Shown piece by piece: positions 51,745-64,000 of a stretch of 64,000 bases of DNA (positions are counted from its first letter, which is position 1; each line of letters starts with the position of its first letter). A model generated the notes under the pieces. That model saw only the letters and a list, made by a program, of their open reading frames with translations. It searched no databases and had not been told where the DNA came from. Location of the stretch: contig NC_042998.1 in assembly GCF_006345805.1 (NCBI RefSeq), positions 131,874,001 through 131,938,000 on the forward strand, given 5' to 3'. The position numbers and the translations under genes were made by a program. The DNA is from Octopus sinensis (lineage: Eukaryota).

Positions 51745-52095
51745 TGATGGACGCTGTCGTTGGTTTCGACGTATGAGGATCCGACAACCTACACCTTTTT
51801 CAGTCATAATGTCGAATGTGACATTTGAGACCCACCTACGATTTGCAGAGAAGCCTGCAGATGTTGCAAATATGAGGATTGCGGGTCAGTACTGACCGTA
51901 TATTTGCAGCCGCTTTTCTCCTTTGCTTTGCAGCTGCTTTTCTCCTTTTCCTTGCACGCCTAAGCTTGTTAATGCTGGTTGAAACAAAGCCTCTGATACC
52001 ATTCTGACACGACGGTCTCCATTTTGTTCGCTCCAAAGCTGTTTGCTCAATGGTATTGTGAGCTATATTGGCTGCTGAGGGGTTACTCAAATGCT
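51745..52095 (-). mobile_element. RTE LINE 3' end with a terminal C2H2 zinc finger
   Basis: EQTALERTKWRPSCQNGIRGF..RRARKRRKAAAK..HICNICRLLCKS*VGLKCHIRH, followed by a microsatellite tail. Confidence 0.85.
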
Positions 52096-52679
52096 GCTAA
52101 ACATTTGTTCCAGCCTGCTAACAATTCTGCCACCTCTTCTCATAATTTCTAAGGCCAGCAGTTCTGAAAGAAGGCTATTCGATTAGATCAACGTTAGTAA
52201 GTATTTAACTACTAGATTCTTTTATGTCGACTTCGGAAGAATAAAAAAGAACGCTGAGTGCAACAAATATTGGTACATGCTAATAAGCCATACTTTCCCG
52301 CAAAAGACGGCTGATAGTCTTTTTTCTTATGGCATCACATTATGCTTTCACACCCTTACGCTTCTACAAAACCTTACACCACTACACTTTCACAGCACTT
52401 CACTGTTCTGTTACAGTGCTCTGCTACACAACTAAACAACACTTCTACATTCCAAAGTCAACAAGGCAGTCTCTGAGTGGTCGCCCAACCAACTTGAAAT
52501 AGCAGGTTAGTCACCATTAAAACCACACCATACCATCTAAAAAATAAGAAACGAAGGACACCTTGAAGAATGTAATTCTAAATTGATCATTAAAGGCAGA
52601 TAGTGACTACTGGAATATCTTTAATTACAGATTTACTCAATCAAGGATAATATAGAAGAACGAATACCAACATTGCTAC

Positions 52680-53120
52680 AAGACTGCACTTCTAAACCAC
52701 ACTTCTCTGTTACACTTCTACATTACAATTCTAGGTTACTATTCTACTCTACACTTCTAGACTACACTTGTGCAATACATTTCGTCACTATACATTTTAG
52801 TTACTCTTCTATAGAACACTTCTAGGTTACACGTCTACACGACACGTCTAGGCTACACTTCTACACTATACATACAGTACACTTACACTTCTTCACTACA
52901 CTTCTGCACTGTACTTCTAAATTACTTTTCTATACATCACTTCTACACTACACTTCTACGTTACTCTACGTTACTCTTCTGCACTTTCCTTCTATGTTAC
53001 CATCCAGCTTACTTTACATTGCACTTCTACAGTGCACTTCTGCACTACCCCTCTTGATTACTCTTCTATACAACACTTCTAGGTTACACGTCTAGGTTAC
53101 GGTTCTACTATATACTTACA
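52680..53120. repeat. Degenerate ACACTTCT/CTAC-type minisatellite
   Basis: Recurrent ACACTTCTA, TTACACTT and CTACACT units; strongly G-poor strand. Confidence 0.7.
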
Positions 53121-53506
53121 GTACGCTACACTCCATTAAAGCAAATGACAAAAAATAACCATTCAGATCTTTCCAAGAATCTTGTCTCTGAGTCTAGGTC
53201 GGGCTCTCTCGAGCTATGAACAAAGCATTCCAACCATAATCAATTCGTCTTTTCGTATCGGTAGATATCGTAGGATTTCATTATCCAATGTAAACTTTTC
53301 TAGGTCAGTAGATTTTGGAGTGAGGGAAATATGGCTGCAGTTTCGACCAGTTTAGTGACTTCGCCCTTTGCACTGATATGTGCCAAAGTCTATGTAGCTA
53401 TATATCTCGTTCGTAAGACGGGGAGGCCTGTGCAAACGTTGAATTCTGTACTTTAATGTATTTCTTATGCCTATTTTATATTAATTGTTAGCAACAGATG
53501 CAATAT

Positions 53507-54082
53507 TCTTTTCTACTATAGGCACAAGGCCCGAAATTTGGGAGGGGGCAGTCGATTAGATCGATCCAAGTATGCAACTGGTACTTAATTTATCGACTCC
53601 GAAAGGATGGAAGGCAAAGTCGACCTCGACTGAATTTGAACTCAGAACATAAAGACAGACGAAATACCTATTTCTTTTACTACCCTCAAGGGGCTAAACA
53701 CAAAGAGGACAAACAAGGACAGACAAACGGATTAAGTCGATTATACCCACGCCAGTGCGTAGCTGGTATTTAATTTATCGATCCCGAAAGGATGAAAGGC
53801 AAAGTCGACCTCGGCAGAATTTGAACCCAGAACGTAGCGGCATACGAGATACCTATTTCTTTACTACCCACAAGGGGCTAAACACAGAGAGGACAAACAA
53901 GGAGAGACAAACGGATTAAGTCGATTATATCGCCCCCAGTGCGTAACTGGTACTTAATTTATCGACCCCGAAAAGATGAAATGCAAAGTCGACCTCGGCG
54001 GAATTTGAAATCAGAACGTAGCGGCAGACGAAATACCGCTAACCATTTCGCCCGGCGTGCTAACGTTTCTGCCAGCTCGCCA
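53507..54082 (-). mobile_element. SINE family A tandem trimer
   Basis: Three consecutive ~180-bp units; only the highest-coordinate unit retains the full tRNA head. Confidence 0.93.
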
Positions 54083-55329
54083 CCCTACACCAGATGTAGT
54101 ATTAATGCCAAAATATAGTCTTTATATCCAACTTAACATGGAAGCCTTGTTAGAGCACCGAATAATGCGTTATTAGCCCTGAGAGGTCCTCTCCTATAGG
54201 CACTTGATGCATAAACGCACACACCTCGATCATAGCAGAAGAAATTTGTCTTGTCATGGGTGCCAAAATATCGCCTGGGAGGAGCAAATGCTGTTAAATT
54301 ACTCAACTAGGATTCGAGCCTGTTAATGCGGCCTTGAGTCACTAGTATAGAAACAGCATCTCTTTTAGGATCACGAAAAACAATTTCTTATTCGTGTGTG
54401 TGTGAGAGAAAGAGAGAGCGGGAGAGGAGAGGAGAGTTCATAAATATTTTGCACGAATTTTCTAAATTTGCAATAAACAAATTAAGTGGTGAGCCTGTTT
54501 AATTACGGGTGTGTAATCTATGCACCTGGGTAGATGAGGCGAGCATCTGGGCTAGGGTAACGCCAGATACTAATTAGTTTTATCAAGCAAGCATAGCCAG
54601 CTTGCTGTCTATATTTGCTTGATGAAATAAAATAAAATAGAATAAATACAAGCACGAAGCAAGCAAAAGAGAGAAACAACATTTAAAAAAAACCCTTAAA
54701 AATCGGATGCAGTTGATAATGATATTGGTGGCATTACCCTTGGTTTCTGGGCGTGGAAACGTGACAACGGACGGAGGACTAGAACGGTGAGATAGGAAGG
54801 AGATGCTGACTTTGTGAACTTTTAATTAATAAAATTGTGGTTTGTAGTATTACAGATAGAAAATATTGATAGTGGTGACGATAGTAATGTTGACGAAATA
54901 ATTGATTGAGCTGGTGATATTGAGGGTGGATATGGAGTGGCAGTGGTAGTATTAGTGGTGGTGAGGGTGAATATGGTGTGGTAGTGGTAGTGGTAGTATT
55001 AGTGGTGGTGGTGGTGGTGGTGGTGGTGGTGGTGGCGTGGCAATCAGATGAAGAGATATTGACCTTACTGTTGGTGATCATCGATCATTCGAGTCATCTG
55101 ATATGTCCAAACGATCACCATCACATCACACATAACTGTCATCATCATCATGAGCAGCAACAGCAGCAGCCATAGTAGTAACAGTAACGACTATGTTCTT
55201 ACAACAATAACAGCTATAACAAACATGTGAGTAAATATCTTTATCAAATGCAACATCAACGAGAACATGAACATCGCTCGTTATCAACCACTACAGCAAA
55301 AATGATTACAAATTAGCAAAACTTCTAAT

Positions 55330-55875
55330 AATGGTTTCAGATTTTGGCACAAAGGCAGCAAAATTAGTGGAGTAATGAGTCGACTACATCGACCCCAGTG
55401 TTCAGCTGGTACTTGATTCATCGACTCCGAATGGATGAAAAGCAGAGTCGACATCGGCAGAATTTAAACAGAGAACGCTTCGTGGCATTTTGTCCGTGCG
55501 TAGGCTACTAATGTACCTTACTACTTAAAGGCACAAGGTCTGAAATTTTAGGGGAAATGGGTTAGTCGATTACATCGACCCCAGTATTCAACTAATACTT
55601 TTATCATGTGCCCGAAAGAATGAAGGACAAAGCCGACCTCGGCAGAATCTGAACTCAGAACGTAAAACGGACGAAATGCCGGTAAGCATTTTACCCGACG
55701 TGCAAACGATTCTGCCTTGCCAATGTAGGCACAAGGCCTGAAATTTGGTGGGAGGAGATGAGTCGACTACATCGACCCCAATATTTCACTGACCCTGAAA
55801 GGATGAAAGGCAAAGTCGAACTTGGCAGAATTTGAACTCAGAACGTAGCAACGGGCGAAATACTGCTAAGCATGC
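55330..55875 (-). mobile_element. Four adjacent diverged SINE family A copies
   Basis: Repeated GTCGA(C/T)TACATCGACCCCAG..GAAAGGATGAAAGGCAAAGTCG. Confidence 0.8.
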
Positions 55876-56210
55876 TAATAATACCATTACTATGTTCTTG
55901 TATCAGGCACCAATACAACTTGTACCAATGAATGAGGGATCCTTTTCGTGAAAGATTCGTAGGCACTTTTTCTTTTATGGTATATTAACTATGAAAAGTT
56001 GGGACACTAATTACAAACTAATGACAGGACCTCTATAAAAAATCTCTTTACCAATAATGTGCAAACTGTGACTGATAGAACTTTATAAACAGTATGCCTA
56101 AAGAAAAATTACCCTGAATATTTTTAGTAGCGCAACCCGCCTGATGATTACCTGTGTCTCATGCGGCCTGCTCTCTACACATACGCAGTCTGTATCAAAT
56201 AGTAACTTAC

Positions 56211-56285
56211 TTTCTATCAAACCACACTTTTTCAAAACCAAAAAGTGCGTATTGAACGTATGATTCGCCACTTGATGCTCTATGT
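56211..56285 (-). CDS. Putative internal exon (75 nt, symmetric)
   Basis: CATTTCAACTTCCCTTTAG|AC...GATAGAAA|GTAAGT; two frames are open: IEHQVANHTFNTHFLVLKKCGLIE (phase 1) or HRASSGESYVQYALFGFEKVWFDR (phase 2). Confidence 0.5.
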
Positions 56286-56544
56286 CTAAAGGGAAGTTGA
56301 AATGTATTTGATCATATGTCTGTTCCAGAGTTTGGACCTGGTGTTAAACAGCAATAACAATGCCAAAAAACATAGACGTTCCTTTGTATCCAGTGAAAAC
56401 TATGACTGGAGATGTAATACTCCAATGATTAAAATAACGATTTCTAATTTAAGAAGTTGTGTCAGGGTGGGGTACTGTAGATAAACTAAAATTCAGTGAG
56501 ATTTAAACTCAGAACATAAAGAGTCCTAAATAAATGACAATTCT

Positions 56545-56935
56545 GCCAACATACAGCAAGCTTGGCTGTGAGGTTAAGAAACTCCCTTGAGAACTACGTG
56601 GTTTCGCGTTCAGTTCACTGCGCGGCACCTTGGAGAAAGTGTCTTCTACGAGAGCTTCAGACCGACCAAAAGCTTATCACAAAACGTGTGATGCTTGTTT
56701 TATAAAGGTATATACATGGGCGTGTACCACTTTGTTTTTGTGTTTGTCCTTACACATACACACGCACATACACCACTTGACAACCAGTGTTGGTCTGTTT
56801 ACGTATCTGTGACAGTGGTTCGGCAAAAGAGCCAATAGAGTAAGTACCAGACTTTAAAAAAGTCGATTTGTTTGACTAAGACTATCAAAGCGATACCCCA
56901 GAATGGCCGTAATCCAATAACTGAAACAAGTAAAA
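56545..56935 (+). mobile_element. SINE family B (diverged)
   Basis: Head, central and tail motifs as in the 16543 copy. Confidence 0.8.
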
Positions 56936-57167
56936 TATAAAAGCTACCGCCCTTTAAAATATTGATTTCTTGTGTAGGTATAAAACCTCAGATTTGATGG
57001 GAAAGCAACAGTCGATAATATGGACTCTAGTGATGCTTGGTTGGTACTTTAGATATAAAAGTTGACTTCAGCGGGGTTAGAACTAAAAAAAAAAGAGCTT
57101 AATTACCGCTCTAACGATTCTGCCATCTCACCAACTTGAAGTGTTTCTAATTTAGATACGTGGAAAA

Positions 57168-57950
57168 GACGGCGAGCTGGCAGAATCGTTAGCACGCCGA
57201 GCAAAATGCTTAGCAGTATTTCGTTCGTCCTTACGTTCTAAATTCAAATTCCGCCGAGGTCGACTTTGCCTTTCATCCTTTCGGGGTCGATAAAATAAGT
57301 ACCTGTTGAGTACTAGGGTTGATCTAATCGCCTTACCGTCCTCCCTCGACAGTGCTGGCCTTGTGCCAAAATGTGAAACTAATTTAGATACATAGCAAAG
57401 GCAGCGAGCTGGCAGAATAGTTAGCAGATCGATTAATATGCTTAACAGTATTTTGTCAGTTTTTATATTCTGAGTTCAAGTTCCACCAAGGTTGGCTTTG
57501 ATTTTGCCTTTCATCCTTTCGCAACAGGATAAAGTATCAGTTGAACAGTGACGTTGATGTAATCGACTTGCCCATTCCTTTGAAATTGCTGGACTTGTGC
57601 CAAAAATTGAAACTGATTTAGATTCATGGTCAGCATTTTGAGGAGTAGAGACTATACGATTACACCAACCCAGTATTTAACTGGTTGTGTTTCTTGTTGA
57701 CCCTGTAAGGATGAGAGACAAAGGTGATATCGGAACTCTGAAGGTAAAGTGTTGGGAAGAAATACTGCAAAGCATTTTCCAAACTCCCTAACGATTCTGC
57801 CAGCTCACCGCCTTTACGAGTTCGAAATAATGGCTTCAAATTTAAACGCAAGGTCAGCTATTTTGAAAACAAAAGTTTGGTCGATACTATCGAACACAAA
57901 AGAATGAAAAGCAGAGTTGATCTTGGCAGGATTTGAACTCATAGTGTAAA
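57168..57950. mobile_element. SINE family A cluster: two plus-strand copies, then decayed minus-strand copies
   Basis: GGCGAGCTGGCAGAATCGTTAGCACGCCGAGCAAAATGC.. and related copies. Confidence 0.85.
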
Positions 57951-58235
57951 GGAACATAACTAACAATGGCATGGATTTTTAATCGACGCTCTTCTATTCC
58001 CAGACCCCTTTGTGGTCGCCCGAAGTGCTAGAAATACCAGGCACGTCTCGCCTCATATCATATACTTATAGTTTAGGAGAAAGCAAAAACGATGAGGGTA
58101 GATTGGGTACAGTAGTTGTAGATATTCTCTTTTGATAATTCTGAGGGATTGGCAGGGTCGAAATGTCTGACAGTCATAGATCTGCTTTATCAGGATTGGC
58201 CCAGGGCTAGACAACAGCAACAACAACAACAACTG

Positions 58236-58287
<52 letters not shown>

Positions 58288-59189
58288 AACTACTACTACT
58301 ACTGCTACTGCTGCCACTGCTGCAAGAAGCTGAATTGAAAACATAACACCTACATCGTAGTATTTCTTAAAAAACAACAGCAACAGTCGCATTCATTATA
58401 CTACACACTCCCAAAACAACAACGACAGCAACAACACTACCAATAACAACTACAACAGTAACTAGTTCTACTATTCACTAATAACTATGTAAACAACTGC
58501 TTACAACTCTGACAAGAAGAACACAGTAACAACAATTACTACTATTACTACTACTACTACTACTACTACTACTACGACTACGACTAGAGATGGATGCGTG
58601 TTTCAACTTTGAAGCTTATCTTCATGGTGCACTGACTATAACATCCGGTTTCGTTAGGGTGCACACAAGTAGAACAGTAGAAAATTTGTGTTGCAGCTAT
58701 TCTGTACAGCTGAAGGATGTTTACCTTGGTGATAAATAGGATAGTGAGTTGGCCTTGGCTTTCCCTCAAACACCACACAAAACTCAACACCAACATCACT
58801 AACGATATGGCGAGAGAAGAAGGAGAGGTTGCTCCGCATAATCTATCAGCCTGCTAGAAGCAGCAGTTAAATTTCCTTTAAAAAATTATATTTCGTCGTT
58901 TCATAAAAGGAAAAGCACATTTTAACTCTTTTGATACCAACCTGCCACAGCCCTCTTTTGGTTCTAAAATATAAACCTTCTGGGGTTTTTTAATGATCTG
59001 CAATAAACCGACCATCGAAATTTCATATTAATGTGTTTCAAACACCAGCCTAATAATGACAGAGTTATTTTACTAAACCCTTCATTATTTCCATAATTAA
59101 TTTAAGGAAAGGTGGTGTATTTCAACAGAAATTTAGTAATTAGAGGAATCCTAGATTCTATGCTCCTCCCCTCACCAAAATAAAAACCA

Positions 59190-59400
59190 TATGGTTGTGG
59201 CTAGAATATCTTTGTTCACAAGCCAACATACACCAGTCTTCAACCAGGTCTGCCTCGCTTCCTACACACCTTTTCTGGCTTCCACTCGAGAGAGGTTCTT
59301 ACGGGTCTCTTCATGAACCTGTGCAGCACATGGCCGAGAATCTTTTGCCGTTTCATATTAAAGGTATCTCGTAGCTTAAATAGGCCAGCCCTTTACATGA
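59190..59400 (-). mobile_element. RTE LINE 3' fragment
   Basis: KRQKILGHVLHRFMKRPVRTSLEWKPEK..RKRGRPG. Confidence 0.7.
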
Positions 59401-60948
59401 CTTCTCTATTTCTGATCTAGTCGCGACAAGAAATTCTAGCTAATTTTTACATTTTGCTACTTAAATAATTTAGGATACTTGTGCTCTCTAGAGAAATGAT
59501 TCTGGAACAGGTGTATAAATTTCATTAATAATATTGAATTTCATATTGAAGGTATTTAGAAGATCGAACCAGATTGCATAACAATTAAGGATCTTGTAGT
59601 TTGGGGCTTCGCTGACCAAAAGTGATGCAGTTTCGGGTGTAAACTTAATTTTGTTTTTTTACGTAAATGCACTACTTTCCAATGTTAATCGTCAGTCACT
59701 TGCAGCTGTATCGAATATCTCGTTATCCGAGCAGATAAGTGTTGTCGCGAAAATAAGGTCTAACTTCCTAACCTTCACAAAGCTAACGAGCCACATTAAA
59801 CATAAACATCTGAAAAGCCGGAAATCTTTAAACGACTATTTCTCACGGATGACAAATCGAAAGTCAATAAAACGACAAACCATACTGATATACACCGACT
59901 AACAGAGGTATTTGTTTCACCAGCACCCCCTGTCTGAAGATTTTTCAAGGAAAAGGATGTGAAATTATAAAAATTGCAACAGAATTAAATTTTAACTCTC
60001 TCTCCCTCTTTAACTATATATATATATATATATATATTGTATGTGTGTGCTGACCAGCAGGAAACCATCTTCCTCCATAGCTAAGGGTATGAGAGAACTA
60101 GAGTTCAGCGATGCGAACAGCTGAATCATATATAAATTTTTGCCTTGGTTATGTTTACGAACCAGATTCACGCGTGAGCGTGTATCATCGGTTTAGCGTA
60201 TGAATGTGTACGTTTGTTGGAGGGGGGGGGGGTGCAAGTGTGTGTGTGTGTGTGTGTGCGTGCTTCTGCTGTTACTGTTGTTATTGTTGTTGTTGCTGCT
60301 GCTGCTATTTATTTTGAGGCAATTTAAATCGTATTTTGAAATTAAACTTGAGATCTTTTAGACTCTAGCTTTGGAGTCGAATAAATTCTTCGCTAGATTT
60401 TGATTTTGACCTGAAATAAACTTTGAATTTTGTTCAAGCATGAAATTAAATATTTTTCGTTAAGTTTAAAAATACGGTGCTATAACCATTGTGCTTGAAT
60501 GTTTTTTGTGGTTTTAGTGTTACAGCTGTTGTTCCTAATATTCGTGTTGTTGTCGTTATTGTTGTTGTTGTTGCTGGCGGTGGTGGTGGTGGTGACCTCA
60601 CAGATATCGTTGCTGATGTTAATGCTGATGTTGCTTATAATCGTTTATATGGTTGAACATTAAAAAGAATAAGCCTAACAGTAATATAACATTATAACTA
60701 TGAGATTCAATTACGGGCAGTTCAGTTAGTGGTATATTTATTTACATGTTTATTAATAGTTTTTTTTCTTCTTTTTTTTCTCCTTGTTTATCTTCACGTT
60801 TGGAAGGTGGGTTGTGTTTTTTAAATTACCATTGTTAAACTACGTTAAAATATCGGAGGTTAATATTTGTTTACTTATATGAATGTTGATATATACATAT
60901 ACACATACAGACATACATACATGCATACATACATGTATATATATATTA

Positions 60949-61002
<54 letters not shown>

Positions 61003-61039
61003 TACATATATACATATTTATATATAAATAATAATAAAT

Positions 61040-61079
<40 letters not shown>

Positions 61080-61115
61080 ATACATATATATATATATACA
61101 TATTTATATAAATAA

Positions 61116-61167
<52 letters not shown>

Positions 61168-61196
61168 CATAATACATATTTATATATATATAATAT

Positions 61197-61252
<56 letters not shown>

Positions 61253-61256
61253 CATA

Positions 61257-61302
<46 letters not shown>

Positions 61303-61727
61303 AATAGGATATATGTGCATATCGGATAATGCGTATATACATATCTATACATACACACACACAATAACACAGTTATTTATATATGTATGTATGTATGTGT
61401 GTATATTATATATATATATATATTAATAAGATAGATGTGCATATCGGATTAATGCGTATATACATACATATCTATACATACACACACACAATAACACAGT
61501 TATTTATATATGTATGTATATATGTGTATGTATAGATATGCATGTATATACGCAATAATACGATATGCATTTGTGGGTACTCACGTACATATAAGTGTGT
61601 GTTTGTATGTGTGTTTGTGCATTTATTTATACACACACGCACACATATACACGCCCACATACATGCTTACATACATATCTATATATGTATATATGTGTAT
61701 ATATATATATATACATACATACATACA

Positions 61728-61759
<32 letters not shown>

Positions 61760-62109
61760 CGTACATGAATATGAACATACAGACATACGCACTTGCTCAC
61801 ATGCGCACGAACACACGTCTGTGCGTATGAGGGTGTGTATGTCAATGATAAAGATGTGTGTGTGTTTGTGTTTGTGTGTGTGTGTGTGTGTGTAGTTTAC
61901 TTATTCAGTTAGAACAGACGCCCAGATCCAGATGTGTTTATATTTAAATCCGTTTCTGGGAATGCGTATATTTATGTTTGTGTTCATACGTCCGCCTGAG
62001 TGTTTGCAAGTCTGAAAGAATGCGTATGTGTATAGATGACTATTCTCTCTTTTTTTTTTTCATTCTATACACACACATATACGATATGTACACACAACAC
62101 CACACACAC

Positions 62110-62148
<39 letters not shown>

Positions 62149-62224
62149 ACGTATATATACTTACATATATATATATACATATATATATATACCTATATAT
62201 ATATATATACTATATAAATATTAC

Positions 62225-62267
<43 letters not shown>

Positions 62268-62286
62268 TTATACAAATATTATATCA

Positions 62287-62370
<84 letters not shown>

Positions 62371-62447
62371 TATATTATATATTATATATATAAGTCTTTT
62401 TTCAACAGAACTTAAGTAGTCGGTTGCATGAGATATATATTGCATAG

Positions 62448-62584
62448 TGCACCGAAGTACACTACAATATCTGATAAGAGGTGATGACCGACCTCTTTCG
62501 TCCCAAGAACATGATTTACGTACTCGTGAACTGATAATGTCATTCAGAAGAGAAAAGAAAAACTGGGTTTTAGAGCTAAACGAT
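62448..62584 (+). CDS. Candidate plus-strand exon (137 nt, phase 1 to 0), product unknown
   Basis: TTGCATAG|TG..AACGAT|GTAAGG; encodes HRSTLQYLIRGDDRPLSSQEHDLRTRELIMSFRREKKNWVLELND; non-repetitive composition. Confidence 0.35.
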
Positions 62585-62688
62585 GTAAGGACTTTTGAGT
62601 TACCTCCCGATTATCGAGGCCATACCCATTCGAACATCGTAGATCTATCATAACTGCAATGATCAGTTTATGCAATAATGACATACTG

Positions 62689-62742
<54 letters not shown>

Positions 62743-62744
62743 TT

Positions 62745-62985
62745 GTTGTCATTGGACTGTGGCCAAGCTGGGGTACCGCTTTGAAGAGTTATAGCCAAAT
62801 GAATCGACCCCAATATTTATTTACGTTTGGATGCACCAATTATAATGCGAACTTCTCGACCACGTAGGTATGCCTCCTGGCTTTGCTATTCAATTCATCA
62901 GTCTCTTTTGTTGAATTGCTAGGTTACGAGTACGTAAACAATTCAACACCGGTTGTCAAGGAACCAATGCAGACACAAGGACACA
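62745..62985 (-). mobile_element. SINE family B 3' half
   Basis: Reverse complement of the family B tail. Confidence 0.65.
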
Positions 62986-62992
62986 CAATCAT

Positions 62993-63040
<48 letters not shown>

Positions 63041-63059
63041 CACACACACACACATATAT

Positions 63060-63230
63060 ATATTTATATATATATTCTCTCTGCATATTTTCTCTCATTC
63101 CTTTCTGTTGAAGAGCGTAGGCTCGAGACGTAAAATACTTTCTCACTTTCCGGGCGTTAAACTAATACAGCTGCTTGTTGCTCATACATCTGCCTTCGTC
63201 TTTTGCTTTTCTGTAAATTTCAGCCATGTG
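63060..63230 (+). mobile_element. Penelope-like pseudo-LTR relic with decayed hammerhead
   Basis: CTTT-CTGTTGAA-GAGC-GTAG-GCTC-GAGA-CG-TA-AAAT at 63101-63135; homologous to 42190-42310. Confidence 0.55.
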
Positions 63231-63678
63231 GGTGTGGGTGTGTGTGTGGTGTGTGTGTGTGTGGTGGTGTGTGTGTGTGTGTGTGTGTACATACATACGT
63301 ACATATATATATATATATATATAATATATATATATATATATAATATATATATATGGAAAATAAGACAAAATGGTAAGATAATTTTATCGTAAAGAACATT
63401 TTAGGAGCAGTTTCATTCATTGCGAATTTTTCAACTTAGAGTAATATATGAAAAACAATTAAATCCTGGAAAAATTAAATGAAATGTTCTTTTTTTTAAA
63501 TTGCGTTTACTTTTTCCACAATTTAATTGTTCTTCATACTTTACTCTAAGTTGTAAAAGTCTCAATAGCTGAAACCGGGACTAAAATGTTCTTTTATTAT
63601 AAAATTATTTTAGCATTTTCTACCCTGTCTTATTTTCCTTATACATATCAACTTGTTTGTTCCTGTTCAACCTTTCAG

Positions 63679-63799
<121 letters not shown>

Positions 63800-64000
63800 A
63801 CTAATGTAGGATAAAAAATTTTTCGGGAAAAAAATTTTATCAATGGCCGCATATCAAAAAATACCTTTAAAGGTTAAGTTTATAAATAATTTACAATATA
63901 AGGGCAAAAGAAAAATAGAATCCGGAAATGAACACTATTCAAATTTATAACTAATGTAGGATAAAATTTTTCACTTCCGGATTCTATCACAAGTTTCTAG

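Noticed and set aside
58727-58800. Minus-strand exon candidate DVGVEFCVVFEGKPRPTHYPIYHQ, phase-compatible with 56285
   Set aside because: It resembles and adjoins a dispersed repeat (GTGTGGTGTTTGAGGGA / CTAGAAGCAGCAG family), so it was not included in the gene model.

Overview
Repeat-dense, AT-rich eukaryotic genomic DNA, very probably from a coleoid cephalopod (Octopus-like). The basis is recall of the tRNA-derived SINE families plus extreme (TA)n/(CA)n/(TATG)n/(GATA)n microsatellite density, not a database search. Almost all ORF-track entries are microsatellite or SINE translations. Recognisable content: dozens of copies of three tRNA-head SINE families; decayed RTE, R4/Dong-like and Penelope-like (PLE) retroelements; mariner, DD37D/maT and Helitron fragments; an unclassified 809-bp TIR element; a SINE-derived 126-bp satellite; and one 100-N gap. 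A minus-strand spliced gene of unknown identity is suggested by phase-compatible exons (56285-56211, possibly 32375-32326, 31802-31717, 22502-22447, terminal 16247-16067). The most notable signal is a set of minimal type I hammerhead ribozyme motifs. One is structurally intact and carries the compensatory U3-A8 core pair; it sits in a 357-bp partially tandem unit with a 250-bp terminal palindrome (PLE pseudo-LTR or retrozyme-like). No prokaryotic systems, CRISPR arrays, rRNA or true tRNA genes were seen. Most repeat boundaries are approximate.
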